Of a stretch of 64,000 nt of DNA, positions 12,008 through 25,480 are shown one piece after another. Under the pieces are notes generated by a model. The model saw nothing but the letters and a program-made list of their open reading frames with translations. It was not told where the DNA came from and ran no database searches. Origin of the DNA: Octopus bimaculoides (taxonomy: Eukaryota); NCBI RefSeq assembly GCF_001194135.2, contig NC_069004.1, positions 14,783,423-14,847,422 on the forward strand, given 5' to 3'. Position numbers and translations under genes: made by a program. How positions within the stretch are numbered: position 1 is the stretch's first letter; each line of letters begins with the position of its first letter.

Positions 12008-13953
12008 CTTTACTGTTTTCAGTCTTTGGACTGCAGTGATACTGAGGCACTGCCTCGAAGTGTTTTAGTCAAATGAATCAACTTATTTTTTAAGGCTTGG
12101 TATTTAGTGCGTATATTGGTGTCTTTTGCTGAGCCACGAGGTTATGAGGATGTAAACAAACCAATACTAGTTCTCAAGTGGTGCTGGGGTGTACATACAC
12201 AAAAACACACATACAACCACATATGTATATGTGTATATGTATATATATGTATATTCATGTGTATGAGAAAGAAGTTTGTCATATATACATACATATATAT
12301 GATAGACTTCTTTCAGTTTCCATCTACCAAATCCACTCACAAGGCTTTGTAGAAACCCAAGGCTATAGTAGAAGACACTTGTCGAAGTTGCCTTGCAGTG
12401 GGACTGAACCTGGAACCATGTGGTTAGGAAGCTTACTTATTACCCCACAGCCACATCTGCACCTATATATATATANNNNNNNNNNNNNNNNNNNNNNNNN
12501 NNNNNNNNNNNNNNNNNNNNNNNNNNNNNNNNNNNNNNNNNNNNNNNNNNNNNNNNNNNNNNNNNNNNNNNNNNNNNNNNNNNNNNNNNNNNNNNNNNNN
12601 NNNNNNNNNNNNNNNNNNNNNNNNNNNNNNNNNNNNNNNNNNNNNNNNNNNNNNNNNNNNNNNNNNNNNNNNNNNNNNNNNNNNNNNNNNNNNNNNNNNN
12701 NNNNNNNNNNNNNNNNNNNNNNNNNNNNNNNNNNNNNNNNNNNNNNNNNNNNNNNNNNNNNNNNNNNNNNNNNNNNNNNNNNNNNNNNNNNNNNNNNNNN
12801 NNNNNNNNNNNNNNNNNNNNNNNNNNNNNNNNNNNNNNNNNNNNNNNNNNNNNNNNNNNNNNNNNNNNNNNNNNNNNNNNNNNNNNNNNNNNNNNNNNNN
12901 NNNNNNNNNNNNNNNNNNNNNNNNNNNNNNNNNNNNNNNNNNNNNNNNNNNNNNNNNNNNNNNNNNNNNNNNNNNNNNNNNNNNNNNNNNNNNNNNNNNN
13001 NNNNNNNNNNNNNNNNNNNNNNNNNNNNNNNNNNNNNNNNNNNNNNNNNNNNNNNNNNNNNNNNNNNNNNNNNNNNNNNNNNNNNNNNNNNNNNNNNNNN
13101 NNNNNNNNNNNNGAAACTCTGCCAAATCAGATTGGAGCCTGGTGTTGCCATCCGGTTTCACCAGTCCTCAGTCAAATCATCCAACCCATGCTAGCATGGA
13201 AAGCGGACATTAAACGATGATGATGATGATGATAGATATATATATATACATATATATATATACATATATATATAGGGCAGGGGCATATAAGTAACTGGTG
13301 TTGGAGTATGAACCACTCAGCCACTGCATCCCACTCCATAGGATATTGTTGTTGTTGTCATTGTTTTAATGGTTATTAACATTATTCTGAAGAATGAGGT
13401 TGGTAACAATGATGGCAAGGGTGGTACTGAGCCAACACTATGACTGCTACTACCACCACCACTACCAATGATGATAATAATGATGATGATGATGATGATG
13501 ATGACGATGAGGTGAGGCTAATGATGACAGTGTTTATGGCTGCAGAGATAGCAGAATCATTGTTGGGTTAACTTAATGATTATTAACGAATAAGCAAGAA
13601 AAAAGGAAAAGAGGGACGAAGGAAGGAAGGAAGGAAATGAGGCAAGCGGTGGTGGTGGAGGTAGCGGTGGAGGCAATAGATGGTGGTGGGGGTGATGGAC
13701 GTTGTTGGTGGTGGAGATGATGGGTGGTGTTGGTGGTGGCGGTGGCGGCGGTGGTGGTGTTTAGGTAGAAATCTCATGAAGTTGTAGTTCTGATGTCTTT
13801 TGAAATGGTTCATTTGTAAGTAAATGTTTATTAGCTGAATATCTTATTCCTTTTGTACGACAAGAGTGATTGAAGTGCCAGGCAGCTGCAGGCTGCAACC
13901 CCCCCCCCCCCCNNNNNNNNNNNNNNNNNNNNNNNNNNNNNNNNNNNNNNNNN

Positions 13954-13986
<33 letters not shown>

Positions 13987-14429
13987 TGCTGCTTGCCATC
14001 TGATTTCTTTGCTAGTCAAAAAGAATTTCAGTGTTTGTTGAAAGATAACTGGAACCCTGCCAACAGTTTTGTCCACACAAATCAATAAAATGGGAGTCCA
14101 GCGGTCTGGCCCTGCCCTTCCACCCTGACTAACCAACCAACCGACAATGATGATGATGATGCTGACGAAGATGATGACGAGAATGATGACGATAACGTTG
14201 TTATTAAACTACTTCAATCATTTCTCTTTCATTGTTTATTATTTTGAAGGAACAGCCCAACATTTTTTTTAATTTTATTTAAATTTTTTTTATTCAATTT
14301 TTTTGTCAGTTTTTTCACACTTGCAGACAACCTCTTCCTCTCTCCCCTCCTTCTCTCTCTTCACACACACACACATCCTTATGCAGCATATAAATTGGAA
14401 ATATACTGTGTCGTGCCCTTCTATGTTCT

Positions 14430-14822
14430 ACACAACTCGTAGTCGACACCCGTACCACCAACCTTGTCATTGCCAACACTACAACCGCTACCACCATCAC
14501 CTTCAGCATTGTTGTTGTCATCATCAACCGACCACCACCACCACTTCTGCCATCATCATTATCATCATTCCATCTACTATCATCATCATCATCATCATCA
14601 TCATTGCTGCCACTGTTGCTAGCACTACCACCATCACTATCATCATCATCATCCCCCACTTCCATTATCACCACCACCATTACCACCATCATCATCACTC
14701 ACTCCACCTCCCTCATCGCTACCACCACCCTCATCATCCCCATCATTATAATTGTCATAATTATTATCAGCATTACTCTTACCACTACCATCACCACCAC
14801 TACCACCATCATCACCATGATC
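14430..14822. repeat. Cryptic (CAT/CAC)n trinucleotide region; similar tracts at 13430-13760, 4560-4665, 62560-62650
   Basis: Direct reading; explains the His/Thr/Ile-rich ORFs. Confidence 0.85.
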
Positions 14823-15000
14823 AAAGCCTTTATTGTCATTCAATGGTACCTGCCCACCTCCTTTAGCCAGGAATGTCAGATAGATTCTCTCAATTTGGTA
14901 ACCATGGTGAAGGACATTGCAAGAGGGACACAATTGAAGGCTTCTTTCTCTTTGACCAAGCTCTTATCAACTTGTTCTACTTGGAGTGGTTGGCGAGGGG

Positions 15001-15048
<48 letters not shown>

Positions 15049-15409
15049 TGGTGAGCAGGACTCACTTGATGGGTCCCACTTTTAACATTTTCAGTCCATA
15101 TTAGAAAAAGGGACACATGTCCCTGACAGTCAGGTTAATCTTTGATCTGCAGTGTATTTTGGTTGGCAGTAGGTAACTGTCGCCTACTCTCAGGTATCTT
15201 TTGATGATGCTTGGTGATGGGTTTCAGTAAAAGGAAGGGCTCTCACTAAGAAGCCCTGTGCAAATGAGGTTCATTTTGTAGAAGTCCAGTAGTTGTCCAT
15301 GCATGCATGTAACCCCTCTTCATGCCACTGAGGATGTCGAAAGATAAAGCAGCTTGGCACCGGTGTCTTTGCAAGTGTTTCTGTCAGAATGTGAATAATA
15401 ATAGGTGCA

Positions 15410-15810
15410 GGAGTGGCTGTGTGGTAAGTAGCTTGCTTACCAACCACATGGTTCCGGGTTAAGTCCCACTGTGTGGCACCTTGGGCAAGTCAAGTGTCTT
15501 CTACTATAGCCTCGGGCCAACCAAAGCCTTGTGAGTGGATTTCGTAGACGGAAACTGAAAGAAGCCCATCGTATATTTATATATATATGTGTGTGTGTGT
15601 ATGCGTGTCTGTGTTTGTCTCCCCAACATCGCTTGACAACCAATGCTGGTGTGTTTACGTCCCCGTAACTTAGCGGTTCGGTTAAAGAGACCGATAGAAT
15701 AAGTACTAGGCTTACAGAGAATAAGTCCTGGGGTCAATTAGCTCGACTAAAAGGCGGTGTTCCAGCATGGCCACAATTAAATGACTGAAACAAGTAAAAG
15801 AGTAAAAGAG
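15410..15810 (+). mobile_element. SINE family A, young full-length copy
   Basis: High similarity to the copies at 2089 and 29243; CpGs retained; small caagt duplication. Confidence 0.9.
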
Positions 15811-17949
15811 TAACCAAAGAATAGATGCAGGCATGGCTGTGTGGTAAGAAGCTTGCCATATGTTGGTGGGAATTGTGCTGCCAACAGCGGAAGTGACTAC
15901 CTCATCCCCGGAAGGAGAAGAATTATTGGTCTTCTTCTACAGAGGCGGAGAGATGGAGGTGTTGGAAAAGCACCATAAGAAAGCAACTTTGACCTGCACA
16001 CAGGATCCCGAATGACCTCCGCAGATAGCTGTGGAGGTCATAACGTTACCCGTGTTGCATAGGCTGGAGGGGCTTAATGAGGAATATCGCTTGTGTCTGA
16101 GTGATGCTGACACATCGCCTGCTTTGTGCTTAAGTGAGGCGTGGGTGATGGCGGAAGATGTGGTCACAAGCGATGCTGGGGAGGAATTTGGACAAGAGAT
16201 GGAAAAGCTTCAGCGTTATGAATTGATGACGGGTTTGAAACCTTATTCTGTTTAACAAAGTAAGAGGCATAATGCCTCCTTTTTGTATCAGTGAACATTT
16301 TGAACAGCTGTAAGAGGCTTGTTGCCTCATATACAAGAGAACAATATTTTCAGGGATCAAACGATCGGCGGGCATTGCTTGATTCCCCCCCCCCCCATTT
16401 ATTCATTAATCATCATTTTTTCATCACACAGAACATTATGTCTATGTCTAGCCCGCAGCTTCCTTTTTCTCAGTATGAGGCCTTTATGGCCAATTTTAAT
16501 GAAATAAAGAAGCTCGCTTCCCCATGACATGGTTCTGGGTTCTATCCCACTGCATGGCACCTTGGGCAAGTGTCTTCCACTATAACCTCAGACCATCCAA
16601 AGCCTTGTGAGTGGATTTGGTTGGTGGAAACTGGAAAAAGCCCATCATATTTGTATGTGTTTTTGTACCCCACCACCACTTGACAATCAATGTTGGTGTG
16701 TTTATGTCTCTCTAACTTAGTGGTACAGCAAAGAGACCAATAGAATAAGTACAATGCTTAAAAACAAATTCTGGGGTTTATTTGTTTGACTAAAACCCTT
16801 TAAAGCAGTGCCCTAGCATGGTTATAAGCATGACCATCCAGCTATTTCATTCATTGTCCAACCCTAAGTGTCTTGCGAGTTGGCTTGGCTTGAAGAATCC
16901 ATGTTGTGATTCTATCCTGTGATATTCTAATCTTATGTTCTTGTCTTGGAGAGACTCCCCAATTTTTGATTTATGAGCCCTGTTGTGTTCTGTAACTTGA
17001 GAGATCTTTCAGCGGCCCCTCATTTTGGTTGCTTGTATTCATCATCATACTCCTTTGATCATTACCTGACATTCGTGGCCACCATCACATAATCACACAC
17101 CGCATGTGGATCTGTAGTAAGAAGTTTGATTCTCAACCACATGGTCCTGGGTTCAGTCCCACCAAAGCTTTCTAAGTGGATCTGGGAGACAGAAACTGAA
17201 AGAAGCCCATCTTACATATTTGAGTTGTTGTGTATGTCTTTGTCACCCAGCGCCACTTGACAACAGGTACTGGTGTGTTTACATCCCCTTAACTTAGCAG
17301 TTCAGCAAAAGATACTGATAGAGGAAGTACCAGGCTTAAAAAAATACAAAAATACTGGGGTCAATTTGTTTGACTAAAATTCTTTGAGGTGGTACCCCAG
17401 CATGGCCGCAGTCTAATGAGACTGAACCAAATAAAAGATACTTCTGTACATACACTGTCTTATGTCTCACTACCATACGCCATTTCTCATCACAAACTAT
17501 ACATAGTCCTTTACATTCACCATCCATGTTTCACTACCATACAACATTACAAATGATATACACTCCACATATATAGTTAGTACTTTACATTTACTCTCCA
17601 AGTTGCACAACTACACAGTGACAAAACTTACACAGATAAATATATTTAATAACATTAAAGTAGCACCAAAGTTTCATTTAATGGTGATTGGATTGTAAGG
17701 TTTTTGAATATTTATATTTAGGTTGAGTAGAGCTTTTTGCGTTTTCTTTTCATCACCTCTCAACAATAATGGAGAAATTGTGTATTGGTGAAAAAGAAGT
17801 GAAAACATAAATGCTACAAACATTGGTTTGTTGTAAGGTAACTATCATCATCATCATCATTGTCGTCATCATCTTCATTATTGTTGTTACTGTCATAACA
17901 AGAAGAAAAACGATGACAACTAGAATAGCAATAATTGTTTTATGTTTTG

Positions 17950-18478
17950 TTACCAGAGCATTGGTGCATTGAGAGAGAAGTTGGGCATAAAAGGAATTAT
18001 ATGCTGTGTGCAAGAGAGGAGACTGTGCTGGTTTGGTCATGTGATGTGGATGTATGGGGAACAGTTGCATTAAGAAGTGCCGGTCACTTAAAGTGGATGG
18101 AAGTTGTAGTAGAAGGAGATCCAAGAAGACATGGGACGAAGTATTGAAGGCCAATCTCAAAACATTGAATCTTGGAGATGACAGAGGACCATGATATGTT
18201 GCATATGGCCATACTTGAGAACACCTGCCCACCACAACAGAACTGAGATCCTAAAACCAAGGTGCCATGTAATAAGCATTGGTCTGCGTGCTGGTGTCAC
18301 ATAAAAAGCATTCAGTACACTCTGAAAAGTGGTTGGCATTAGGAAAGGCATCCAGCTGTAGAAACCAAGCCAAAACGGACTATGGAACTTGGTGTAGCCC
18401 CTGGCCTTGCGAGTTCCTGCCAAGCCGTCCAACCCATGCCAGCATAGAAAACTGACATTAGATGATGATGATGATGGA
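17950..18478 (+). mobile_element. RTE-type LINE 3' fragment (decayed ORF C-terminus plus 3' tail)
   Basis: Frameshifted translation LREKLGIKGIICCVQERRLCWFGHVM...KKCRSLKVDGSCSRRRSKKTWDEVLKANLKTLNL matches the RTE RLRWFGHV.R and RGRP.KTW...V..DL pattern; joined directly to the tail element. Confidence 0.8.
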
Positions 18479-19321
18479 TTTTGCACAAGGCCAGTAATTT
18501 TTTTTTAGGGGAAGGTTGAATGTTAATTACGTCAACGCCTGTGCTCAACAGGTACTTATTTTATCAATCTTGAAAGGGTGAAATGCAAAACTGACCTTGA
18601 TGAAATTTGAACTCAGAGTGCAATGATGCAGAAGAAATGCTGCTAAGCATTTTGCCCAGTGTGCTAATAATTCTATCAGCTCACCGCCTTTAGTGATGGA
18701 GGAATATTATCTTGCTTGGAAACAGGTGAGCGTTAGTGACAAGAAAATCTGCTTCAACAAATCCTGTCCAACCCAAGCTAGCATGGAAAAGCGAATGTTA
18801 GATTATGTTGACGATAATGATATGTGTATGTGTGTGTTTGTTTGTGTAAACTTGACTGACATAATTCAATCCTTGTTTCTTCTTTTATCATATGTTAGGC
18901 TAAAATATAGGACTTGTGTCATTCTTGTTATTCTTCCTAGAATTGTACTGACTGTTCACTCCTTTTATGTGGTTGAAGTCACGTAAACCCTTCCTGATTT
19001 GTTTGGCATTCACAGATTGGCTTATATCAGCCTTGTTAGTTTATGTTTATTTACTGTTGTATCAAAGTCAACAGTTCACCGTAGTACTCCACCCATTTTG
19101 CTTGTTCCTCTCATTACCCCCCTCCTCTATTATCATCATGAATACCATAATACTCTACTCACCACCAATTTTTATCAGCAATTCAAAAGACAACTCTATT
19201 ATTACTACTACAACACCCCATCATCATAAACTTCCATCACCACCATCCAACTCTTTGACTAACTACTTGGCAACAAACTAAAGTAAAATCTCCACTCACC
19301 TACTCCTGTTCCACACACACA

Positions 19322-19369
<48 letters not shown>

Positions 19370-19518
19370 AAAGAAACGGTTACTCTCATAACACTCTTGT
19401 CTCATTCTGTATTTCTGTTTGATATGCAACACACAGGAATAGAGAGTGAGACAAAAATATGGGAGTCTTAGCTTCTTCATACATATATGTGTGTGTGCGT
19501 GTGTGTAAATGCATGCAT

Positions 19519-19563
<45 letters not shown>

Positions 19564-19836
19564 TACACACACACACACACACATAGATCATCATCATTTA
19601 GTGTTCATTTTCCATGCTGGAATTGGTCGGACAGCTTGACCAGAGTTGGTAAGACCAGGGGACTGTACCAGGCTCTATTGTCTGTTCTGACTTGGTTTCT
19701 ATGGCTGGATGCCCTTCCTAACGCCAACCACTTTACAGGTTGTACCGGGTGCTTTTTATGTGGCACCAGCACCAGTATTAATCAGCTATGTCAGATAGCT
19801 CTTCTTGTGTACAGCAAGGCACTAGATTTCTCAGTC

Positions 19837-19870
<34 letters not shown>

Positions 19871-20809
19871 NNNNNNNNNNNNNNNNNNNNNNNNNNNNNN
19901 NNNNNNNNNNNNNNNNNNNNNNNNNNNNNNNNNNNNNNNNNNNNNNNNNNNNNNNNNNNNNNNNNNNNNNNNNNNNNNNNNNNNNNNNNNNNNNNNNNNN
20001 NNNNNNNNNNNNNNNNNNNNNNNNNNNNNNNNNNNNNNNNNNNNNNNNNNNNNNNNNNNNNNNNNNNNNNNNNNNNNNNNNNNNNNNNNNNNNNNNNNNN
20101 NNNNNNNNNNNNNNNNNNATATATATATATATATATATATATAATTATGTGTATTTCTTCTATCTTAATGAATAAAAATTCTTCTGATAGAATAAATGGG
20201 TTAATAGAAACCAATGTAGCAAAGAACACAAAATAACTGTGGTTTAGTTCCTGTTTTTAAGGCAGGAACTCCTTGAAATTTTGGGTATTTGAGTATATTT
20301 AAGAATTTAAGGAATGGAGAAAACGCATGTTATAATTGCATACTTTATTCCTACATATGTTTCAAAGGATTACAACCTGTGTGATCCATAGGGATCTTTG
20401 ATATATTTGTTTCAGTCATTTGACTGTGGCCATGCTGGAGGATATATATATTTTATTCAATTTTCACTTGTTTTCTCATGCCAACCTGTATTAAACAAGT
20501 GTATTATTGAGGCATTGTTTCAGAACTGGATGCCTTTCCTGTTGCTAACCATTATGTTTTTTTCAAGTGAGATTTATATCTTTACATACTCGTGATCTTC
20601 CTCCTATAGTGGAATTTGTAACAAAATCAGGAAAGAAATTGCAGGTGTGAAAGCAAAACCTGGAATTAAAAGGCCTAAAAGTTAACTTAACAAAGACCAA
20701 AGTTCTATTAAGCAGGAAAACAGAAAGGGCTGTACCCCTATCAGTTTGAAATATATATATATACTCCCCTGTGCAGACCTATGTCTCGTGACTGTATTCA
20801 GTCACGAGA

Positions 20810-21170
20810 CATTGGTCTGCACAGGTGAGACTTGGAGAAAATTAAATGTTTCCAACAGCACAAACTTCATAATCATACAGATTTAATGCAAGGACTATAT
20901 TACCAATGAAGAGGTTCTGCTCCAGGCTGGACTGCCCGTATGTATGCCTCAAATGTGTCTCTCCCATCAACTCCTTTTTGAAGAGTTGACCTCTGGTACC
21001 AGACAATGCTGAGCCCCCGATTACTGTTTCCAAACTCAGCTCAAGATCACTCTCCTCTGATGTGCCATTCACCTAAATATCAATCACTATTGACCAAAGT
21101 TGGCATGACATCATCAAGGAGAAAAGGATCCTTCCTGTGTCATAGGCTTATAAAGCTGCTTTCCTGGATT
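20810..21170 (+). mobile_element. Decayed RTE LINE reverse-transcriptase C-terminal fragment
   Basis: Frameshifted LEKIKCFQQHKL...DYITNEEVLLQAGLP...HQLLFEELTSGTRQ..PRL..QLKITL resembles the RTE FHQRCLR..WQDRITNEEVL.RAGLP..QLLFGEL..G.R motif. Confidence 0.75.
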
Positions 21171-22015
21171 CTGTGGTGTGTATATTCCCCTGTTGGATGG
21201 GACACCGATCCATTGTAGGATTATTTTTTCCAACTGAAGTGGACTGAAGTAGTGTGAAATGAAGTGTTTTGCTTGAGAACACAATACATCACCCAATCCA
21301 GGAATTGAAACCACAATCTTACAATTATGCGTACAGCACTATAGCCACTGAGCCACATGCCTCCATAATGTTCCGAATGAGGAGAAGAGATTTAATGTAT
21401 TGGTAAGTTCTCTGTGAACCAACGTATAACTGTGCTTCAGCTCTTATCAGAACATTTTCACTTAAGTTATTGTTAATATCATTGGAAAATGTATTAATGC
21501 CATGGCTTCTCATTCCTCCTAACCTATATTCGTGCATTTGATGTATTGTTATATCCAAAACTAATACACTTTTTCTCACTCTTTTCCTCTCCCTCAAACA
21601 CACGTTCACATTCATGAATACATATACACACAGGCACATGCACACACACATATATATATATATATATCTATGTACCCCCTGGAGAAATCAAATACAGCTA
21701 TATTCCAAACCTACATCCATTCTGGCAACTTGAAATAATCAATTTTGCTGATACATTCCATTCTGTGAAGTTCCGTAGCCTTTTCTGAGAGTGCATTGTT
21801 GCAAATTTTAGCCACCTTAGAATTACCATTTCTTATCAACAACACTACTTCAGTTTTATTTATTTATTCATTTTTATTTGTTTCAAGTCTTGTCTTGAGT
21901 AGAAAAAAGTGATAAAAGAAATAAGGAATGGCTCTTTAATTTGGTTGTCATAAATTTAGTCTTATTTCTCCCTGGTACTTCAGTGAAGCATCTTGTTTTG
22001 CTCTTGTTATATTAG

Positions 22016-22096
22016 TTTTGTTTCATGAGGAAACTATTTTGTCACCTGTGGAATTTTCTACTGGAGAATAAGTCTAAATGTTTCACATATATGTTG
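22016..22096 (+). CDS. Candidate coding exon (81 nt, phase 0 to 0, FCFMRKLFCHLWNFLLENKSKCFTYML)
   Basis: Acceptor tcttgttttgctcttgttatattag, donor TTG|gtaagt. Only phase 0 is stop-free, and it fits between the 9592 and 39247 candidates. Confidence 0.4.
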
Positions 22097-24472
22097 GTAA
22101 GTGTTCTGTGTTGGTTGATGTTCATCTGAGTGATTATCTTGCATGGTTGTGTAATATGAAACTTGCTTCCCAAACATGTTTCCATGGGTTCCATCCCACT
22201 ACATGAAGTTTTGGGAAAATATCTTCCACTACAACCTTGGGCCTACCAAAGCCTTGTGAGTAAGTTTGATAGGTGGAAACTGAAAGAAGTATATATCTGT
22301 ACACATTTTTTTCTTCATTCTCTCTTCATTTTTTTTCCTCTCAATCCTTTCTGTCAAAGAGCATAGGTTTGAAACATCAAAGACTTTTCCATTCTTCTTT
22401 AGCATTAAACTAATACACCTGCTTATTGTTCCCTCACCTGTCTTTGGTTTTTGTTTTCATAAATTTGAAATTTGAACNNNNNNNNNNNNNNNNNNNNNNN
22501 NNNNNNNNNNNNNNNNNNNNNNNNNNNNNNNNNNNNNNNNNNNNNNNNNNNNNNNNNNNNNNNNNNNNNNNNNNNNNNNNNNNNNNNNNNNNNNNNNNNN
22601 NNNNNNNNNNNNNNNNNNNNNNNNNNNNNNNNNNNNNNNNNNNNNNNNNNNNNNNNNNNNNNNNNNNNNNNNNNNNNNNNNNNNNNNNNNNNNNNNNNNN
22701 NNNNNNNNNNNNNNNNNNNNNNNNNNNNNNNNNNNNNNNNNNNNNNNNNNNNNNNNNNNNNNNNNNNNNNNNNNNNNNNNNNNNNNNNNNNNNNNNNNNN
22801 NNNNNNNNNNNNNNNNNNNNNNNNNNNNNNNNNNNNNNNNNNNNNNNNNNNNNNNNNNNNNNNNNNNNNNNNNNNNNNNNNNNNNNNNNNNNNNNNNNNN
22901 NNNNNNNNNNNNNNNNNNNNNNNNNNNNNNNNNNNNNNNNNNNNNNNNNNNNNNNNNNNNNNNNNNNNNNNNNNNNNNNNNNNNNNNNNNNNNNNNNNNN
23001 NNNNNNNNNNNNNNNNNNNNNNNNNNNNNNNNNNNNNNNNNNNNNNNNNTAGGAAGGGCATCCAGCTGTAGAAACTCTGCCAAATCAGACTGGAGCCTGG
23101 TGTTGCCATCCGGTTTCACCAGTCCTCAGTCAAATCGTCCAACCCATGCTAGCATGGAAAGCGGACGTTAAACGATGATGATGATGATGATGATGATGAT
23201 ATACAAATGTTTGTTTCTATGTTCAGTTATGATCCTTTCACAAGGGCTGAAACCTTGCAGGTGAGGGCTAATCAATTACATCAACCCGTGTTCCACTGGT
23301 ACTTATTTCATTGACCTATTAAAGGATGAAAGGTAAAGTTGACCTCAGCAGAATTTGACCTCAGAACATAAAGACAAACAAAATGCTATAAAGCATTGCC
23401 AGCTCACCCACCTTATTGTATGTTCAGTTATAATAGAAAAAAAAAAAAACAATTTTACATTAAGCTGAAGGATTACTTCATACTTCAGTAGAGTACATAT
23501 TTATTATTCATTGACAAGAGTAGTATTGACAGTGACTTTGAAGTTTTGTTGCTAACTTTTACTTTACTGACAGTGCCCCTGTAACTGTGCCGGTACCACA
23601 TGAAAGTACTTATGCTGGTGCCATATTAAAAACGCTGGTGCTGGTGTTGCATGAAAAGCACCCAGTACGCTCTGTAGAGTGGTTGGCATCAGGATGGCAT
23701 CCAGCCATAGAAATCATACCAGAAAAGACAATAGAGCCTGGTGTGGCCCCTGGCCTTACCAGCCTCGGTTAAACCATCCAACCCATGCCAGCATGGAAAG
23801 CAAACATTAAATAATGATGATGATGACTGATCTATATATATCTATGTATGTATCTATATATAAAACACATACACAAATACATACATATGCACATATGTAC
23901 ACATAGTGAGGTACACATCTGCAGTCACTCAAAATCCAATAAAAGTGAAATTAAAATGAAAGATAGAAACAACTGGAATATGTTCTCTATTGCCATGCAA
24001 CTCAGTATTTTCGGACTTCTCTTTTACTTCATTCATTGAGGTTTTGGTGCTCAGGTGTGAAGAATCTTTAATGCCAAACGGCAAATGTTCTTAAACTGCC
24101 AACTATTTGGAAATCCAATTAATTTCTTATTACCACAAGTTTCTTCGTTTATTGTTTTTTTACATTTTATTTAGAAAACTGCAAATTTCTTTGTTTTCTA
24201 ATATTTCATGTATTTCATGGTTCCTTTTGTTTTTTTTTCTTTTTAAAGATTTATATTGTTGGTTTTATCAAATTATTATTATTATTATTATTATTATTAT
24301 GATTATTATTATTATCAGGCATGGCTGTGTGGTTAAGAAGCTTGCTTTGTAACTACATGGTTTTAAGTTCAGTCTCACTACTCAGTACCTTCAGCAAATG
24401 TTTTCTACTATAGCTCAGAGGCAACCAATGCTGTGTAAGTGAAATTGGTAGAGGGAAATTGTGTGGATGCCT

Positions 24473-24514
<42 letters not shown>

Positions 24515-25219
24515 TACTCTGGGTTCATATTCTGCTGAAGTCAACTTCACTTTTCACCCTTTTAGGATCAATAAAATAAGAACCAGTGAGGCAATGAGGT
24601 TGATTTAATTGACTAGTTCCTTCCCTGCAATTTTCAGATTTTGTGCATATAGGAGAAAGAATTATTGTTTAGATAATTTATGATAATGATGATGAGCCAC
24701 TCGTCTCAATACTACCCACCCCTCAGTTGAGCTTTCCTGTCTTGAAAGTTTCTTGGTGACCTCATTGTGGTTGGTGTAGTTTTCTGACTTGCTAACTCCT
24801 GTGAAACCATTCAGCCCATGTCAGCACTGAAGGAATTCAAATGATGATGATATTATGATACATATATATTCTTATTTTTAAGTTGATCTTCATAGATTTT
24901 CTATAGAATTCAGAATATGTAAACAATATGATCATTATGGTTGGATATGGTGCTGATGAAAGAGCAATAACTCTTGAAATATACATATACATTCATCACC
25001 TGCTTTGTTGTATCTTCAATCACATTGTTTACATAGATGTATTTGTATACAAAATGTTATAACTTAGAGAGCTAGCTCTGAATTCTATAGAAAACCTATA
25101 GAGATAGATTTAGAAATGAGAATATTGCACTGCTAACACAAAAAGTAAGACACAATGTTGACTTTAATATACTAGATAGTATATGGTTGCAAAACAAAAT
25201 ACTGTGCCCTTGCTTGCAA

Positions 25220-25257
<38 letters not shown>

Positions 25258-25282
25258 ATCTTCAAGTTTAGGGGGATAAAAA

Positions 25283-25480
25283 AAAAATATTCAAGGGAAA
25301 TAACTGAACGACTTACCAGTATTATCCGTTTTCTTCTAGCTGTTTATAAATAAATCACACCCTAACCCTAATCCTAACCCTAACCCTAACGTCAATCAAA
25401 TCACGTGTGTGATTTATTTATAAACAGAGATGTACGGAGAATACTGGTAAGTCATTCAGTTATTTCCCTTGAATATTTTT
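25283..25480. mobile_element. Palindromic MITE-like element with (CCCTAA)n core
   Basis: About 75-bp inverted arms (25283-25360 / 25407-25480) around cctaaccctaatcctaaccctaaccctaac. Confidence 0.75.

Noticed and set aside
14303-15104. His/Thr/Ile-rich ORFs
   Set aside because: Translations of CAT/CAC trinucleotide repeats.
20842-21072. 76-aa minus ORF as a host exon
   Set aside because: The opposite strand is a recognisable RTE relic.
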